DNA from: an uncultured virus (IMG/VR IMGVR_UViG_3300034279_001265)
Lineage: Duplodnaviria > Heunggongvirae > Uroviricota > Caudoviricetes
DNA length: 64,000 nucleotides
Strand: one strand, 5' to 3'
Virus record (IMG/VR): IMGVR_UViG_3300034279_001265
Below, piece after piece: positions 1 through 9,618 of the stretch. The notes below the pieces were generated by a model. It worked only from the letters and a program-made list of their open reading frames with translations, did no database searches and was not told the DNA's origin. Made by a program: the position numbers and the translations under genes. Numbering within the stretch: the stretch's first letter is position 1; every line of letters begins with the position of its first letter.

Positions 1-269
1 GGAGTAAGCGTATTTGACCATCTACCCCAAGCTCCACAAGCACCTGCTCCAAATGTTCCTGCAAGTGCCATTGAAGGTATTTGAACCCATGCATCCTCGT
101 CAACATCATAAATATACTGAGCAGTTGTACTTGCAACTAAAAGAGATGTTCGTCTTATTCCTCCAGGATCTTTGATAATAAATACACCAGCTCCTGTAGA
201 AACAGGAGCAGGAGTCATCATTTGCCACTCCTTGCGGTGCAAAAGTAGTTTGTTGTTTTGTACGGCCAT
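1..269 (-). CDS. Putative tail/fibre-associated structural protein (N-terminal part; runs off left edge; not in ORF track)
   Basis: ATG at 269, 2 nt past the stop of the 272..757 gene. Reads open as MAVQNNKLLLHRKEWQMMTPAPVSTGAGVFIIKDPGG... to the window end. Confidence 0.7.
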   Translation of the reverse strand, partial: MAVQNNKLLLHRKEWQMMTPAPVSTGAGVFIIKDPGGIRRTSLLVASTTAQYIYDVDEDAWVQIPSMALAGTFGAGACGAWGRWSNTLT

Positions 270-271
270 TG

Positions 272-757
272 TTAGTTTACGTTGTTGATGTTAGAATTGA
301 TTGCAGAGATATTATCAAAACTCTTTACTAAAGAGCTAGCTGAGTAACTACCAATAGAACCAATGTTTGAAAGAGTACTCAATGTACTCATGTTTGGTGT
401 CGCTGTTGGTGTTACCCTTATGTCTGCAAGAATACCTTTTGCTTGCGAAAGTACTTCTAAATGTTTAACCATGTCAAACAAAGCATTTAAAAGTTGGTCA
501 CTTGCCGGAATATACTCTGTATCATAATAAATCTGAAGCTTGTCAGCATTTGACATGCTTGCTGTATTGTAAGTAAGCGTAAGTATATTTCCAGCAATAG
601 TGCCACCCAATGTAGAACTTGCAAAATTATAAATAATCGTGTTTGTTGTACTATTGGTAATTAAAAGCACTCTGTTTAAATCAATGCTTGTATAGTCACT
701 AAAAGTGATAGTTTTTGACGCAGCATTGAAAGTGTAATTGGTTATTAATGTTTTCAT
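272..757 (-). CDS. Tail-fibre-associated structural protein (161 aa)
   Basis: Thr/Asn/Ser-rich beta-type N-terminus (YTFNAASKTITF...LLITNSTTNTIIYNFA) typical of phage fibre/baseplate accessory proteins; lies in the fibre cluster. Confidence 0.6.
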   Translation of the reverse strand: MKTLITNYTFNAASKTITFSDYTSIDLNRVLLITNSTTNTIIYNFASSTLGGTIAGNILTLTYNTASMSNADKLQIYYDTEYIPASDQLLNALFDMVKHLEVLSQAKGILADIRVTPTATPNMSTLSTLSNIGSIGSYSASSLVKSFDNISAINSNINNVN

Positions 758-768
758 TCATTGAGTTT

Positions 769-1029
769 TTATAGAACAATAGCATATGCTATGATCATTG
801 ACTCTGTTAAACTGTTTGCGGAAGTTGCACTAATTGTGACATCTCCAGTCCCTGAATCAGCACCGCTAGATATAATAGTGATACCTGTACCTTGAACAAT
901 TTTTGCAACAACAGCCTGACCAACAGTGGTGGTGTTCAAATCAGATCTGCTTACAGATCCTTGCTTAATGAGATCACTGTCAATTGTGTCAGAAACAATC
1001 TGAACACCATTCACTTTGGTTCTTGGCAT
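769..1029 (-). CDS. Small fibre-associated protein (86 aa)
   Basis: Contains a KIVQGTGITIISSGADSGTGDVTISA fibre-type segment; ends in hydrophobic IIAYAIVL. Confidence 0.55.
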   Translation of the reverse strand: MPRTKVNGVQIVSDTIDSDLIKQGSVSRSDLNTTTVGQAVVAKIVQGTGITIISSGADSGTGDVTISATSANSLTESMIIAYAIVL

Positions 1030-1071
1030 ATATTGTTGATTTTACTCAGCTTTTTTAAACGGTTTTAAATA

Positions 1072-2817
1072 TTATGAACCTACTCCAAAATCTCTAAGAT
1101 AAGTAACTTGAATAGTATCTCCAGCATTAAGCGAATAGTTAAAAGTAATCCGATTTTGAGTTAAACCTGTTCCTATTTGATAATCATCACCTACTCCTTT
1201 TTTCATTAATACTCCATTGACATATACATGTTCTGTACCATCATAAATAGGCAAAGTAACATCATAAACAGTACTTGCAGTTATAACAGCTGGTGTTTCT
1301 TTGAACCTCCAACCAAGATTTACAATTGCACCAGCAGCTGTAGATGCACCAGTACCACCATTAGCAATTACAAGTGTGCCTCCAAGAGTTACTGCGCCAC
1401 TGGTTGCTGAAGATGGCGTAAGACCCGTACTGCCACCTGAAAAAGAACTAACAGCTGTAGCAGCTGTAAGATAGGTATTTGTATCAAGACTCCATGTATC
1501 AGTAGCAGTTTTTCTCAAAAGACCTGAAGTTCCTGAGAGTGCAGCAATTGCTGCTAAGTCAGCATCATAAGCTTGCACGTTTGTTCCAATAGCAAGACCC
1601 AAATTGGTGCGAGCACTGGCAGCATTGTTTGCACCTGTACCACCATTTACAACAGCTACAATACCAGTGACGTTAGTAGCTGTACCTGTAATGTTAGAGT
1701 CAGTAAACGCAATGTCTTTAGTAGACGCGGTTGATCCATCGTCAGATCTGTATTTAAGCACACCAAATCTGGCCCACAAATCGCCTGTTTCAGGAGAAGT
1801 AGGATTAGCACCATTTACTATTCTTAAAGAAGCTGTAGCTGCTGTAGATGTAACCAGTTCAATTTTTCCTGTCATTACACCACCAGCTCTTGATAAAGCT
1901 GCAGCTGCAAGCTCGTAGGTTACTCTTACAGCATTTGCAGTAGCAGCACGATTTGTTTGAACTGAGCTGGTTGAATCGTCAAGTTGTACAATACCACTTT
2001 GTGATGTTGTTGCATTTCTTACTGAGCCTGTGCTAAGTCCTGTGACACGTCCAAAACTATCAGTTGTAACGGTTGCTACAAAACTAATTCCAGCTGTTGC
2101 AGAACCTGTTGAAAGACTAACAGCTGCAAGATTTATACCACCTGCTCCAACTGTAATGTTGTCAGTGTTAGCTGAAACAACTGTTAGTATGTTTCCACTT
2201 TTACTTAAACCATTTCCTGCAGTTATTTGACCAGCACCTGAAAATTGCTCAAACGAAAGAGCAGTAGTCCCAAGCGCAATAGTGCCGTCTGTAATAAGTA
2301 TCCAACCTGAATTAGCGTTAGCAGTTCCTTCTTCAACAAACGTAAACATGCCTGATGTAACATCAGCGTTAGCATCAGCGTCTGTTGATCTTGACCATGC
2401 GCCTGCGGCTACCACATAAATACCGTTGGCAGAAGCAGTAGTTTGGTTTTTAACCAACACACGATCACCAGCGCTCAACGCTACACCGTCAATGGTCTGT
2501 GTTCCAGACAATGTAATGTTTGCTGTAGTAGCGGCTCTTACAGAAGCCTTGACATCAAGACCCTGTGAAAGACTATCTACTCTTGTATCAACGTAGTTTC
2601 TGGTAGCAGCGTCTTGTGCGGCAGTTGGATCTGCAAGACCTGTAATTCTCTGGGTACCCATTTGAAGGTTACCTGTCATTACTACAGAGCCATCTTTTTT
2701 GATAAAATTAGTACCATCCGCAAGTTTGGATGTTGCTATAGCAGCGCCTGATGCGATATCTGCGTCAACAATGTTTAAAGGACCAAGTTGGCCTTTTCTA
2801 ATTAGTGTAACTGGCAT
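1072..2817 (-). CDS. Tail fibre protein (581 aa)
   Basis: Fibre modules: [36 protein letters not shown]...RVLVKNQT...NGIY, GIVQL, repeated NGGTGA; C-terminal VYVNGV..DDY beta domain. Confidence 0.8.
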   Translation of the reverse strand: MPVTLIRKGQLGPLNIVDADIASGAAIATSKLADGTNFIKKDGSVVMTGNLQMGTQRITGLADPTAAQDAATRNYVDTRVDSLSQGLDVKASVRAATTANITLSGTQTIDGVALSAGDRVLVKNQTTASANGIYVVAAGAWSRSTDADANADVTSGMFTFVEEGTANANSGWILITDGTIALGTTALSFEQFSGAGQITAGNGLSKSGNILTVVSANTDNITVGAGGINLAAVSLSTGSATAGISFVATVTTDSFGRVTGLSTGSVRNATTSQSGIVQLDDSTSSVQTNRAATANAVRVTYELAAAALSRAGGVMTGKIELVTSTAATASLRIVNGANPTSPETGDLWARFGVLKYRSDDGSTASTKDIAFTDSNITGTATNVTGIVAVVNGGTGANNAASARTNLGLAIGTNVQAYDADLAAIAALSGTSGLLRKTATDTWSLDTNTYLTAATAVSSFSGGSTGLTPSSATSGAVTLGGTLVIANGGTGASTAAGAIVNLGWRFKETPAVITASTVYDVTLPIYDGTEHVYVNGVLMKKGVGDDYQIGTGLTQNRITFNYSLNAGDTIQVTYLRDFGVGS

Positions 2818-2874
2818 GATTAAAAGGGGTTAAAGGGGTCACTTATAATTTAATACAAAAATTTAATTTTTTTA

Positions 2875-3441
2875 CTATGTTGCTTTATAATCTACAGTTA
2901 TAAGATCATTATTAAATGGTGCTGTAGAAAATTCTATTTTGTCAGGTTGAACTTCAATGTAGTCATATTGAACTCCCGGTGTAAGTCTTATACCATTTAA
3001 AAAAACCTTTGTAGAGTTGCTTAAAAAGGCATAACGTAAAGAAAAAACCTTATTAGAACTATTTCTGTTTCCTAAAATGTCATAATCATAATCAGTTATA
3101 TCAGCACTTACTGCAATTACGTTTGTTTGTACTACAAATTTGTTTGAAGTATAAACACCGGTACCTGTTACGTCACCTGTTAACTCAAATGTCCTAAAAC
3201 TTGCTTGAAGCTTATTTACAGCTTGAAGCAGGTTGTCAGAAGACGTGATAGCTGAAGCGTTAGCAAGACTATTAAAACCTGTTAAAGGTCTGCTTAATAC
3301 AACATCTGTCTCAACACCGTCTGGGGCTAAATATGTGAGAAACTGATTTTTTACATAGACTTTTACAAACCCATTTGCAGGACTGGCTGGCGTTGTAGCA
3401 AAGTTTGCCAAATGAAGTGGCACTAAAAACTTTGAAGCCAT
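2875..3441 (-). CDS. Tail-fibre-associated protein (188 aa)
   Basis: LTGDVTG fibre motif; C-terminal VFLNGIRLTPGVQYDY...DLITVDY domain resembles the C-terminus of the 581-aa fibre. Confidence 0.65.
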   Translation of the reverse strand: MASKFLVPLHLANFATTPASPANGFVKVYVKNQFLTYLAPDGVETDVVLSRPLTGFNSLANASAITSSDNLLQAVNKLQASFRTFELTGDVTGTGVYTSNKFVVQTNVIAVSADITDYDYDILGNRNSSNKVFSLRYAFLSNSTKVFLNGIRLTPGVQYDYIEVQPDKIEFSTAPFNNDLITVDYKAT

Positions 3442-3473
3442 CAGGTTTTACATTTTTAAGCTCTGGTTTTATG

Positions 3474-3509
3474 CAAAAAGAATACTACAGGCACACAATG
3501 CCCACAGTA
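3474..3509 (-). terminator. Intrinsic terminator after the giant ejection-protein genes
   Basis: Minus strand TACTGTGGGCA-TTGTG-TGCCTGTAGTA (11-bp stem with 3 G-U pairs) followed by TTCTTTTT. Confidence 0.65.
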
Positions 3510-3576
3510 GTCACTAATAATATAAAGAATTTTCTTAGCATTTTTGCAAAATATTAAGCAAATATAGCAGAAATCT

Positions 3577-6500
3577 CTATTGATTACGCTTCATTATGTC
3601 AATTCTGTAGTTAGGATCTGCAAAATCGCGGAAATTTTTAAGACCTGTAAGATCCATAAAATCCTTAGCAATCTTAGGGTCACCCTTCTCGTAAACACCG
3701 CTTTTGCGTGAGTAAAACGCGTCTTTCCATATCTCCTGGTAGTATTCACTATCATACATAGGATCAGGTTCCTGACCACCATTCATAAGCATTGCTTGAC
3801 CATAGTAGAACGTATGGCTGCCCAAACGCTGCAAAGCTGTAAATTCACGCACCAGAGGAACTGCAGTAGTAAAGTTCTTGATATACTCTTGAGAACCGCC
3901 GCCTACAGGAAACATGGAGGTTGCTTCACCCTTTACACCCCACAGGATGCGTATCGCGTTACCCTCCAAAAAGCTCAGTTCTTCATCTTCATCGTTCTTT
4001 TTGCGTACATACATTAGTGCCATCATAGACACCATTGTCAGAATGGCCATTACAAGTGCATCACGCGATGCTTGGTCCATCTTGCGAGAAAGCAGTTCAC
4101 CCAGTTGGTTCTGGTTAGTCTTGCTCATATGCTTAGACCCACGAATCCAGTGCTTCATTGCGTAACCTGGACCATAGTTCCTAAAGACAATCCCTACAGC
4201 TCTCCAGTAACCCAAGGCAGCTTCACCAGCTTCCCAGTTGGGACGCAGGTAACCAAAACGGTTCAGCAATTGTGGCACCAGATACTTTCTGAAAAACATC
4301 ACAATTGTACCAATGGGAGACTCCTCAAGCTTTGTCTGGTCAGCTTTGGCGTAGTTACCCTGGGTGCGGCGCATCTCAGAATAGATAATATTGCGCACAC
4401 GGTTCTCATCCTCCTGGTCATACTCTACATCCTGCCTGCGCTGAAGTTGACCGGTGTTGTCCTTGTAGTAGATTTCATGCACAGGAATCATGACATCCTC
4501 ACCGTTAGCATCTTTCTGATAGATATTGTTGCCCTGAGGATCTTTACCTGCAATAACGCGATAGCGATTGTTGTTCATCACTGCGTACATGACTGTGACA
4601 GCGATCTCTGTGTCACCCTTGTCCTGGAACATGAACCCAAGCTCCTGGATACTGGTCATATGTGAAGCTACTTTGCGTTTTCTTCCACCAGTTACCTCGT
4701 TCATGTATCCTAAGAAGTCTTTCTGTGCAGGGTTAAAGAACCGGTACAGCATGGTAGATTCACTGACATCACCAATTTTGCCAAAGTCTGCAAAGTAGTT
4801 GTGTAAAAATCCATTGTAACCATACACCTTGCTTTTAGCCCACATGTAGTCTTTACGCGAGTATTGGTCAGACGCAAGACCACCTGCAGCAATAAACGCC
4901 TGCACGTTACCAGAAATGTAGTTTTTGGTCTGGTTCACTAGGTCAAATCCAATACGTATAAAGGATGAGTAAGCAAGTGCTGAGTTTAGCTTTTTGTTGA
5001 TAGCACGATCTCCGGCAGCACCGCTTTTGCTTTGTCCATAGAGAAACTTGCGTTTTTCAAAGTTCAGAATGCTGAGCATAGTCTCAAGCTCTTCCACACG
5101 TTCTTGCATGTTTACCTGGATACTGTTGCCTTTTTCATCAGGCTCTGTCATAAACTTCTTTCCTGTACCTACTTCTTTACGTAGATTCGTAAGCTGCATC
5201 TCAAAAAATGCAATGTACTGCTCTACTGCAGGTGCCACTTTTTGCATGGCAATGTTGTGCTGAGCTTCAACAGTGTACTTCATAATAGCCCCAATAGCAT
5301 CACGTGTCTGCAGTTCTTCAGGAAGCTGCTCTGTAAACCTATGACGCAGCTTGCCATTCAGGTCTCCATACATGCCATCTACCTGATCAATCTTACTATG
5401 AGTACGCCAGGTGTTTTCAGCAAACTTCTGATACTCACCATTGAGTGAACCCACAAGACCTTTTCTGGCAATATTCTCTACAGTGCTTGCGGCAAAACCT
5501 GGTACCAAATAACCCATCTTACGACCTTCAACTTTTTGCTGAATGTCAAAGTACATAGTCATTAAGTCGTTGTAGAAACTAAACAGCTCTGGGTCTGCCA
5601 TCAGCTTTCTGTACTTGTTAGAGATGTTTGGAGAACTCTCAAAACCTGGGCGTATCACATACTGACCATCACTGTTCTGCATTACAGTCTTGGGCATAGG
5701 AATGCCTTCAGGACTCTGTAAAAAGTCAGGGTTCTTGGCGCTTTCTTTGATACGCTTGATTTTGTACTTGGGATGCGGCACTGTTTCCATGTATAGTGAA
5801 TACAAGGACTCAACTGGCAAGTTCTCAAAGTTGTATGACTTAGGCAGTGCATTTTGCCTTACATCATAACCGGTAGTGACAGACTGGTATTTGTTATTGT
5901 GATGCAGATTGTACCAGGTGCGAAACTCTTTTTCTTTTTTACTGAAATTAGCTTCTGCTTTACTTAAAGCAGTTTGTGCTGCGTCAATTTCTTTTTTGTC
6001 TGCCTTGGTAGTTGCTGTGGCAAGATCGTTTTCTGCGGTAATCATCTCCCGCTGCGCGGCGTAAAGGATCTTAAGTTTTTCATCAAAAGTGTCCAGGTAT
6101 CCTTGTGCAAGACGCTTCTCAGAAATCTTTTTAATCTCGTTGGATATCTGCACAAGTTGTGCTTTCTGCTGAATATCAAGCATGCCGGTGTTTCTCTTTT
6201 CCAACATGATTTCTTCTATCAAACCTGCAATTTCATCAAGTCTTGTCACATGATCCTCGCTCATAAACTTAGGCTGCAGACGTCCTCCTACTTTGTACTG
6301 ACGCAGAATAGCATTACGTTCATCCATCAGTTCTTTTATCTCAGGATCACTTCCTGCAATGGCAGCTTTTGCGTCATAGAGAAGACCCAGTTGTTCATGC
6401 CAGTTAAGCATCTGCAGATCATTACGCATAGCTACTACAGTTTCACCGTCCTCATTGACTAAATCTACAGATCCTGCTGCACGTTCTGTGACAACTGTCC

Positions 6501-9500
6501 ATATCTGATCCTGGTACATGACATTAGTGCCGCGCGTAAGTTCTTGAGGCAATTCAGGTCTTTTTGTTGGACGCTGTACCTCATTGGTCTTCTGCCACTT
6601 TTCCCAAAGTTCAGGGTGTGAATCTTTATAGCGTACCATAGCACTATCGCGCATACGCTCATAGAAATTGATGTTTACATCATACTCATAGAGCTCATTG
6701 AGCTGATCCATGTACTGTGCATACTCAGGACTCATTTCTTTTGCCTGTTGGCGAAGAGTTCTGATTTCCTGTTCAAGTTCTTGTAAACGCTCAAAGTCGT
6801 ACTCTTCCAAGAGTATTTCATTACCCTTGCCTACATCATAGACAATCGTTTCCATTTCAAAGTAGCGTTTCTGCAACTCTTCACGAATAGATTGAGGCAA
6901 AGCTTTTTGCAAAGAATAAAATGCTTCTGTGTAAGGAAGCTGTGCGTTGTCTATCATCCATTGTAGGTACTGGTCTTTGTACTGTTCATATTCAGCAACT
7001 TTGTCCAAGTAAATCTGTTTTGCAGCAGGACCATCTGACTCCGTAGCTTTCATGTGACTGTCAGCTTTAAGAGCACTCATCTCTTTTCTGAAAACTTGCA
7101 ACTTAAGATTGTATTCTTTAAACGTGTTTTTGTATGCTTCAGTGTAGGGTGCACTCATATACAGCCGCCGCTGTGTTTTTAACTCACCTTTATCCAGATA
7201 AGTATGGTCGCGGTACTCAGAAACTATGTCGTTGAGCTCTTCTACAGTGTAACGCTGCAAGAGCGCATCTCGCTTTTGGTCAAACTTCATTGACGCAAAG
7301 TTGTTCTGAATAGCAAGACGCGCTTGTGCTTCTGCATTTTTCAGCATAATAGTAAACGCACTGACCGCTAATTCTGAGTTGGACGCAGAAGAGATAAACT
7401 GATCCATAAAAGTATTACGAAACAGCCCTGAACCTGAAAAAGTACCCTGACTTCCTACATAGTTTTGAGCATTAGGATCTCTAAGACCATTAATGTATTT
7501 CTCTAAAAACTCATCATTAAACATATATCCGCTTTCCAGCAGTGCTTTTTTTTGCAGGATTTGTCTTTGCAGTTGTTCCATCTGCACCAGTACGCTTGGA
7601 TCTATACCACCTTGTGCAAGCGTTTCAGCCACACGTCTTTTATAAGAACTGTCCATAAACATCAATGCCTTGTGCTTAAAAGCTTTGAGAATTGACGCAG
7701 ATTTGCCTTGTTCTAGGTCTTGTAGTTGTTGCTCCAGCTTTTTGATTTGTAACTCAAGAACTTCTTTGAGTTCTTTGTTTACATTAGTAAAGATTTTTTC
7801 TCCCGGAACTTTTAAAACCTGCACAGCATTGTGTAAAGCAGTATGCCTAAACGCTGCTGCAATGTTGTTCAAAGCGCCATCTATTGCAGTAGTCTTAGAT
7901 TCAAAAAGTTCATTTACTACAAAAGCATTTTCAGTATTCTTACTTGCTTCAGTAATAGTTTCTTTTAAAAGATCAAAAACCAGACTCAGTGAATTACTCA
8001 TCTGGTAGATTTTTAGAATCTCTTGTCCTTCTTTGCTTATTGCGAGATCAGGAGACAGTACAAACTTATCCATCAAGTTATCTGCAAGGTTGCTAAGTCT
8101 TGTGACATCGCGCTCAACTGTATCCAAAAGGTTTGAGAAATTATACGCAAAAGATAGCTCACTGTCGTCTGTGACCTTGCTTACAATATCCTGGTAAGTG
8201 CGCAGTGTGCTGCGGCGTGTTTCAAGTGCTGCCAACAGTACATTGTCGTTGCCTTCTCTTTTGAGTTTTTCAATCTGTATTAAAGTGTCGTTAAGTTCTG
8301 TATTGATAGCTCCCTGTATCTTAGTTTTGAGAGCTGTGTTTTGTTTTTCAGTAATCTTAAAATCACTGATTAAAGCTTTTCTTTTTGATTCTGCCTGAGC
8401 TTCTTCAGAAATAGGGATCTGCTGATCTACAGTTTTTCTGAAAGAATCAAGTTTTTGATAACCAAAAGTAGGTTCTGTTTTCCAATACCCATTGTTGTTG
8501 GGAACATTGGCTCCTTTTGCATAGTCGTAGTAGTACTTCTCGTCAAAGACATGTATGGCAGCACCTTCAAACTTGCCGTCATCGTCTGTTTCATACATCA
8601 GTGCCACAATGCTTTGATCATTGACCTCTAGGCCATTTTGTATCAGCATGTTTTCATAGACCTTCAATTGCAAAGTCCAAGTGTCATAAGCTGACCGGTT
8701 AGTACCTTTGAATGCTGCTTCTGTACCAGGTTTGTTGTCTACAGTAAAGGTTTTTTCAGCAAGATGAACCAGTGCACCGTCTACGTTCACAGACCTTGTG
8801 CCATCTGGATTTGTTTCCATAAGGCGCTTAACTTTCTTGGTCTTAAAGTCAAACACGTTTACACGTCCTTGAGAGTCAATTAAGAGCAAGTCAAGACGAC
8901 CCACTACCATGCTGCCTGTCTTTGTGGTACCTGTAATAGTAACCTCTGGCAGAATCATGAAGCCTTTGTCATTAAAGACTGTGATATGCATAGCAAGACC
9001 CCGCGCCATTTCAAACATGGCTTGTTCAGTGAGGTTGTCAATATTGAAAGGATACTTTTCTTTGTAGTTTTTTAACGCGTTGTCAAAAAACTCTTGTGTA
9101 ATTACATCATAAATGGCAACACCAGACGTAAGACTTTCTACCTGTGCAAGCTCTAAAGCTTCATGCATAAACGTACCAAACAGTTTGAACGCTTCATACT
9201 TAGAAGGATCTCCCTTAAAGTCAGAAGCACCAATAAAGTTTGAAACACTGACCGTCTTTTTGGGAGGCATGCCGTTTTTGACAAGTTGAATATTCTCACG
9301 CAAAAACTCCTGTTGCCGCATGTTCATTTCCATAAGCTTGTCAAGCGTGACTCTTTGCAAAGGTTTAGCACTAAACCTAGCACGCTGAAGCATTGTCATT
9401 TGAGCTATCGCACGCTCCAGTTTAAACTCATCTGAACTTTTGCTGATCTGCTCATCTTTTTCTTCAGCTTTTAGACTAGCCAAAAGCCTTTGTGCGTCAT

Positions 9501-9615
9501 AAACATCAGGTGTCTCATTGTTGTTTAGGGTGTAAGCCGTCATGGCGTTACCTTCACCTAAAGCATTAACAAGACGCTTCCACTCAGGACTGTCGGGGTA
9601 AGGGCATGTGTTCAT
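3577..9615 (-). CDS. Giant virion/ejection protein (2012 aa) with N-terminal PD-(D/E)XK nuclease-like domain
   Basis: GTFMH...E...GRLDLLLID...FDFKTK...QLKVY RecB/Cas4-like motif series; long helical body; hydrophobic helix ALVMAILTMVSMMALMYV near the C-terminus; adjacent to the vRNAP gene. Confidence 0.75.
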   Translation of the reverse strand: MNTCPYPDSPEWKRLVNALGEGNAMTAYTLNNNETPDVYDAQRLLASLKAEEKDEQISKSSDEFKLERAIAQMTMLQRARFSAKPLQRVTLDKLMEMNMRQQEFLRENIQLVKNGMPPKKTVSVSNFIGASDFKGDPSKYEAFKLFGTFMHEALELAQVESLTSGVAIYDVITQEFFDNALKNYKEKYPFNIDNLTEQAMFEMARGLAMHITVFNDKGFMILPEVTITGTTKTGSMVVGRLDLLLIDSQGRVNVFDFKTKKVKRLMETNPDGTRSVNVDGALVHLAEKTFTVDNKPGTEAAFKGTNRSAYDTWTLQLKVYENMLIQNGLEVNDQSIVALMYETDDDGKFEGAAIHVFDEKYYYDYAKGANVPNNNGYWKTEPTFGYQKLDSFRKTVDQQIPISEEAQAESKRKALISDFKITEKQNTALKTKIQGAINTELNDTLIQIEKLKREGNDNVLLAALETRRSTLRTYQDIVSKVTDDSELSFAYNFSNLLDTVERDVTRLSNLADNLMDKFVLSPDLAISKEGQEILKIYQMSNSLSLVFDLLKETITEASKNTENAFVVNELFESKTTAIDGALNNIAAAFRHTALHNAVQVLKVPGEKIFTNVNKELKEVLELQIKKLEQQLQDLEQGKSASILKAFKHKALMFMDSSYKRRVAETLAQGGIDPSVLVQMEQLQRQILQKKALLESGYMFNDEFLEKYINGLRDPNAQNYVGSQGTFSGSGLFRNTFMDQFISSASNSELAVSAFTIMLKNAEAQARLAIQNNFASMKFDQKRDALLQRYTVEELNDIVSEYRDHTYLDKGELKTQRRLYMSAPYTEAYKNTFKEYNLKLQVFRKEMSALKADSHMKATESDGPAAKQIYLDKVAEYEQYKDQYLQWMIDNAQLPYTEAFYSLQKALPQSIREELQKRYFEMETIVYDVGKGNEILLEEYDFERLQELEQEIRTLRQQAKEMSPEYAQYMDQLNELYEYDVNINFYERMRDSAMVRYKDSHPELWEKWQKTNEVQRPTKRPELPQELTRGTNVMYQDQIWTVVTERAAGSVDLVNEDGETVVAMRNDLQMLNWHEQLGLLYDAKAAIAGSDPEIKELMDERNAILRQYKVGGRLQPKFMSEDHVTRLDEIAGLIEEIMLEKRNTGMLDIQQKAQLVQISNEIKKISEKRLAQGYLDTFDEKLKILYAAQREMITAENDLATATTKADKKEIDAAQTALSKAEANFSKKEKEFRTWYNLHHNNKYQSVTTGYDVRQNALPKSYNFENLPVESLYSLYMETVPHPKYKIKRIKESAKNPDFLQSPEGIPMPKTVMQNSDGQYVIRPGFESSPNISNKYRKLMADPELFSFYNDLMTMYFDIQQKVEGRKMGYLVPGFAASTVENIARKGLVGSLNGEYQKFAENTWRTHSKIDQVDGMYGDLNGKLRHRFTEQLPEELQTRDAIGAIMKYTVEAQHNIAMQKVAPAVEQYIAFFEMQLTNLRKEVGTGKKFMTEPDEKGNSIQVNMQERVEELETMLSILNFEKRKFLYGQSKSGAAGDRAINKKLNSALAYSSFIRIGFDLVNQTKNYISGNVQAFIAAGGLASDQYSRKDYMWAKSKVYGYNGFLHNYFADFGKIGDVSESTMLYRFFNPAQKDFLGYMNEVTGGRKRKVASHMTSIQELGFMFQDKGDTEIAVTVMYAVMNNNRYRVIAGKDPQGNNIYQKDANGEDVMIPVHEIYYKDNTGQLQRRQDVEYDQEDENRVRNIIYSEMRRTQGNYAKADQTKLEESPIGTIVMFFRKYLVPQLLNRFGYLRPNWEAGEAALGYWRAVGIVFRNYGPGYAMKHWIRGSKHMSKTNQNQLGELLSRKMDQASRDALVMAILTMVSMMALMYVRKKNDEDEELSFLEGNAIRILWGVKGEATSMFPVGGGSQEYIKNFTTAVPLVREFTALQRLGSHTFYYGQAMLMNGGQEPDPMYDSEYYQEIWKDAFYSRKSGVYEKGDPKIAKDFMDLTGLKNFRDFADPNYRIDIMKRNQ

Positions 9616-9618
9616 AGG

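Noticed and set aside
1..3441. Diversity-generating retroelement targeting the tail fibres
   Set aside because: No reverse transcriptase and no template/variable repeat pair were seen in this window. One could lie outside it.
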